Source: an uncultured bacterium
GTDB lineage: Bacteria > CAYJRR01
Direction: 5' to 3'
Assembly (NCBI GenBank): GCA_964372275.1
Contig: CAYJRR010000027.1
Coordinates: forward strand, 1-39,869
DNA: 39,869 nucleotides
Both the position numbers and the translations under genes were made by a program. Positions within the stretch are counted from its first letter, which is position 1. Each line of letters opens with the position of its first letter. The notes under the pieces were generated by a model. That model did not search any database and was not told the origin of the DNA. It was given only the letters and a program-made list of their open reading frames with translations. This document shows, piece after piece, positions 35,493 to 39,869 of the stretch.

Positions 35493-36019
35493 CGGGACGG
35501 CAGCGTACGCGACGTGCGTTGGGATTCGGCGGCCTCGCGCTCGCCATCGCCGGTGCGGGCCTCTCCGCCTGCGGGAACGTGGAGACGGGACGAGGCCCCG
35601 CGTCCGGCGAGGACGGCGGCGCGCCGATGCTCGTCATCCGCCCGGTGCAGTTCCTGGGTGATCGGGTCGTGGAGGGGACGGTCGAGCTCGCGTCGACCGA
35701 GCCCGGACTGACGGTGACGATGGAGATCCGCTCGCCAACGCCCTTCGGCGATCGGATCGAGCGGTCGGAGGAGATCGACACCACCGACGCGGGGATCGTC
35801 CAGTTCCGCATCGAGGGGATCTCCGACGGGATGTACGTCCTGGAGCTGAAGGTCGACGCGACGAGCGACGGATTCTTCGACCTTCCCGGCGATCTGCGCG
35901 GCTACTACGAAGGGACGGCCGAGCATCCGATCCAGGAGCGGGAGGAGGCGACGCTCTACCGCATCGCGGGGGAGCCCGAGGAACCGGTGACGTTCGGAGC
36001 AGGAGTGATCGAGCCATGA
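35489..36019 (+). CDS. Small lipoprotein of unknown function (paralog A)
   Basis: Start ATG 35489 (ATGA overlap), 176 aa. Lipobox LSAC; PTPFG and GDLRGYY.GT are shared with the next gene. Confidence 0.8.
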   Translation: MTGRQRTRRALGFGGLALAIAGAGLSACGNVETGRGPASGEDGGAPMLVIRPVQFLGDRVVEGTVELASTEPGLTVTMEIRSPTPFGDRIERSEEIDTTDAGIVQFRIEGISDGMYVLELKVDATSDGFFDLPGDLRGYYEGTAEHPIQEREEATLYRIAGEPEEPVTFGAGVIEP

Positions 36020-36633
36020 CGAGGATCGACGTGACGAGCGGTTGGGCGGTGGTGTTGGCGGCGTGGGTGTCGGTGGCGGCGATCGGCGCCGGCTGCGGGA
36101 CGGTCGAGACCGACCGGGGCGCGGCGAGCGACGACGCCGACGACGCGACCGGGGACGACGACGACGACGGCGCGCCGGGCGACGACGACGACGACGGCGG
36201 TGGCCCCGAGCCGGTCTCTCCGGAGATCGTCTTCGTCTCCAACTTCGACGGTCCCTACGAGCTATTGGGGACCGTGACGCTCCCCGAAGGGACGCCGGCC
36301 GGTTCGGGGGCGCGTCTCGAGTTCGGATTCCCGACTCCGTTCGGCATCAGTTTCCAGCAGTCGGCGGAGGTCGAAACCAACCTGGCCGGCGAGGTGCGCT
36401 TCCGCGTCCTCGACGTCGACAACGGCAACTTCGTGATCGGCCTCGCCGTCGACACCGGCGACGGCGGCGTCTTCAATCAGCCGAACGGCATCTACAACGA
36501 GACGGGCGACCTGCGCGGCTACTACAACGGGACGACGGCCAGCCCCGTGATGAACGCCGGCGACGCCCCGCTGGTCCAGGTCGCAGGCAGCAACCTCGCC
36601 GACCTCGACTTCGGCGTCGGCGCCGTTCCGTAG
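36016..36633 (+). CDS. Small lipoprotein of unknown function with poly-Asp linker (paralog B)
   Basis: 205 aa, ATGA overlap. Lipobox-like GAGC, DDDDD tracts, PTPFG, GDLRGYYNGT, C-terminal FGVG. Confidence 0.8.
   Translation: MTRIDVTSGWAVVLAAWVSVAAIGAGCGTVETDRGAASDDADDATGDDDDDGAPGDDDDDGGGPEPVSPEIVFVSNFDGPYELLGTVTLPEGTPAGSGARLEFGFPTPFGISFQQSAEVETNLAGEVRFRVLDVDNGNFVIGLAVDTGDGGVFNQPNGIYNETGDLRGYYNGTTASPVMNAGDAPLVQVAGSNLADLDFGVGAVP
36154..36199 (+). repeat. Two (GAC)5 tracts within a 19-bp direct repeat
   Basis: GACGACGACGACGACGGCG at 36154-36172 and 36181-36199, each encoding DDDDDG. Confidence 0.8.
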
Positions 36634-36645
36634 CCGGAAAAGCGC

Positions 36646-36674
36646 TTGACGCGCCTACACCGTCCCGCTACAGT
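36646..36674 (+). promoter_or_regulatory. Sigma70 promoter of the str operon
   Basis: TTGACG (36646-36651), 17-bp spacer, TACAGT (36669-36674), ending 63 nt upstream of rpsL. Confidence 0.75.
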
Positions 36675-36737
36675 CCCGCGAACTTGCCGCCCTCCATGGG
36701 CCGTAAGTCATTGAACCAACTGGGGTTTTGACGAACG

Positions 36738-37109
36738 ATGCCGACGATTGCGCAGCTGGTCCGTGGGGGACGCGAGGCGAAGCACCAGAAGACGAAGGCT
36801 CCGGCGTTGAAGAACTGCCCGCAGAAGCGGGGGGTCTGCGTCCGCGTCTACACCACCACGCCGAAGAAGCCGAACTCGGCGCTGCGCAAGGTCGCGCGCG
36901 TGCGGCTGACGAACGGGATCGAGGTCACCTCCTACATTCCCGGCGTCGGCCACAACCTGCAGGAGCACTCGGTCGTCATGATCCGCGGCGGCCGCGTCAA
37001 GGACCTCCCCGGGGTTCGCTACCACATCATCCGCGGGACGCTCGACTCGACCGGGGTCGCCGACCGCAAGCAGGGGCGCTCCAAGTACGGCGCCAAGAAG
37101 CCCTCGTAA
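36738..37109 (+). CDS. rpsL: 30S ribosomal protein S12
   Basis: [42 protein letters not shown]. Confidence 0.99.
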   Translation: MPTIAQLVRGGREAKHQKTKAPALKNCPQKRGVCVRVYTTTPKKPNSALRKVARVRLTNGIEVTSYIPGVGHNLQEHSVVMIRGGRVKDLPGVRYHIIRGTLDSTGVADRKQGRSKYGAKKPS

Positions 37110-37121
37110 GGAGCGTTCGAC

Positions 37122-37592
37122 ATGCCTCGTCGCCGTGAAATCCCGAAGCGCGAAGTCCTCCCCGATCCGAAGTTCAACGATCGTCTGGTGACCAAGTTCA
37201 TCAACGGCATCATGAAGGACGGCAAGAAGCAGGTCGCCGAGGGGATCTTCTACGGCGCGTGCGACATCATCGAGCGGAAGGCGAAGCAGGAGCCGCTCAA
37301 GGTCTTCGCCACCGCGATGGAGAACGTGAAGCCGTTGGTCGAGGTCAAGGCGCGCCGCGTCGGCGGATCGACCTACCAGGTTCCCGTCGAGGTCCGTCCC
37401 GAGCGCCGCACGGCGCTGGCGATGCGCTGGCTGATCACCTTCTCGCGGGAGCGCGGCGAGAAGACGATGCAGGAGAAGCTCGCGGCCGAGATGCTCGACG
37501 CCGCCGCCAACCGCGGCAACGCGGTCAAGAAGAAGGAAGACATCCACCGCATGGCGGAGGCGAACAAGGCGTTCGCGCACTACCGCTGGTAG
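37122..37592 (+). CDS. rpsG: 30S ribosomal protein S7
   Basis: MPRRR...[32 protein letters not shown]. Confidence 0.99.
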   Translation: MPRRREIPKREVLPDPKFNDRLVTKFINGIMKDGKKQVAEGIFYGACDIIERKAKQEPLKVFATAMENVKPLVEVKARRVGGSTYQVPVEVRPERRTALAMRWLITFSRERGEKTMQEKLAAEMLDAAANRGNAVKKKEDIHRMAEANKAFAHYRW

Positions 37593-37651
37593 TCGTCCTC
37601 CAGTAGGTCTTCCCCCGGACATCGCCGGACGTTTCGTTCCGGAGGATCCGC

Positions 37652-39736
<2,085 letters not shown>

Positions 39737-39814
39737 CGAGGATCGACCGATTCGTGTATAGCCTCCGCCGCGCCGCGATATCTTGCGGCGGATGACTCGA
39801 ACTCCAGAGGACCC

Positions 39815-39869
39815 ATGGCCAAGGAAAAGTTCCAGCGCACGAAGCCCCACGTCAACATCGGCACGATCG
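39815..39869 (+). CDS. tuf: Elongation factor Tu, 5' fragment (runs off the window)
   Basis: ATG 39815 with SD GAGG reads MAKEKFQRTKPHVNIGTI; canonical position after fusA. Confidence 0.97.
   Translation, partial: MAKEKFQRTKPHVNIGTI

Noticed and set aside
36017..36030. 14-bp sequence TGACGAGGATCGAC repeated at 39734-39747
   Set aside because: A few 14-mer matches are expected by chance in 40 kb of GC-rich DNA. The copies flank core genes and no recombinase is present.
36738..37109. Streptomycin-resistance substitutions in S12
   Set aside because: PKKPNSA and RVKDLPG are the wild-type motifs.

Overview
High-GC bacterial DNA. The gene content (AgmC-like, IgGFc-binding and DUF6209-like lipoproteins, a sigma54 activator) suggests a Myxococcota or deltaproteobacterium-like organism; this is an inference. 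Layout: (1) 1-4790, minus strand: end of a glycosylation cluster with a GT-A-like protein truncated by the window edge, an exostosin/GT47, a GT2, a GT4 and a DUF268 methyltransferase-like gene. (2) 4884-9747: a compact sigma54 module. A PAS-PAS-AAA+-HTH activator is transcribed divergently from a lipoprotein (unrecognised ~450-aa region plus DUF6209-like C-terminus) and a secreted YVTN beta-propeller. A -24/-12 promoter, three phased palindromic enhancer-like sites and an IHF-like site are visible between them. (3) 9793-12606: a GT87-like membrane glycosyltransferase and a glycine-rich AgmC-N-like lipoprotein. (4) 12742-33941: a ~21 kb, mostly translationally coupled, 19-gene surface-glycan operon with fcl, gmd, wzm/wzt (with a Wzt-C domain), six glycosyltransferase domains, seven methyltransferase domains (including a sugar C-methyltransferase and a GT-MTase fusion), a DegT aminotransferase and three SDRs. 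(5) 34080-36633: an IgGFc-binding lipoprotein and two paralogous small lipoproteins behind a perfect 16-bp palindrome that covers a TTGACA box. (6) 36738-end: str operon rpsL-rpsG-fusA-tuf (partial) with a clear sigma70 promoter. No rRNA, tRNA, CRISPR array, transposase or integrase was seen. All family calls come from motif recognition by eye, not from database searches, and several start codons were re-picked from the ORF track.
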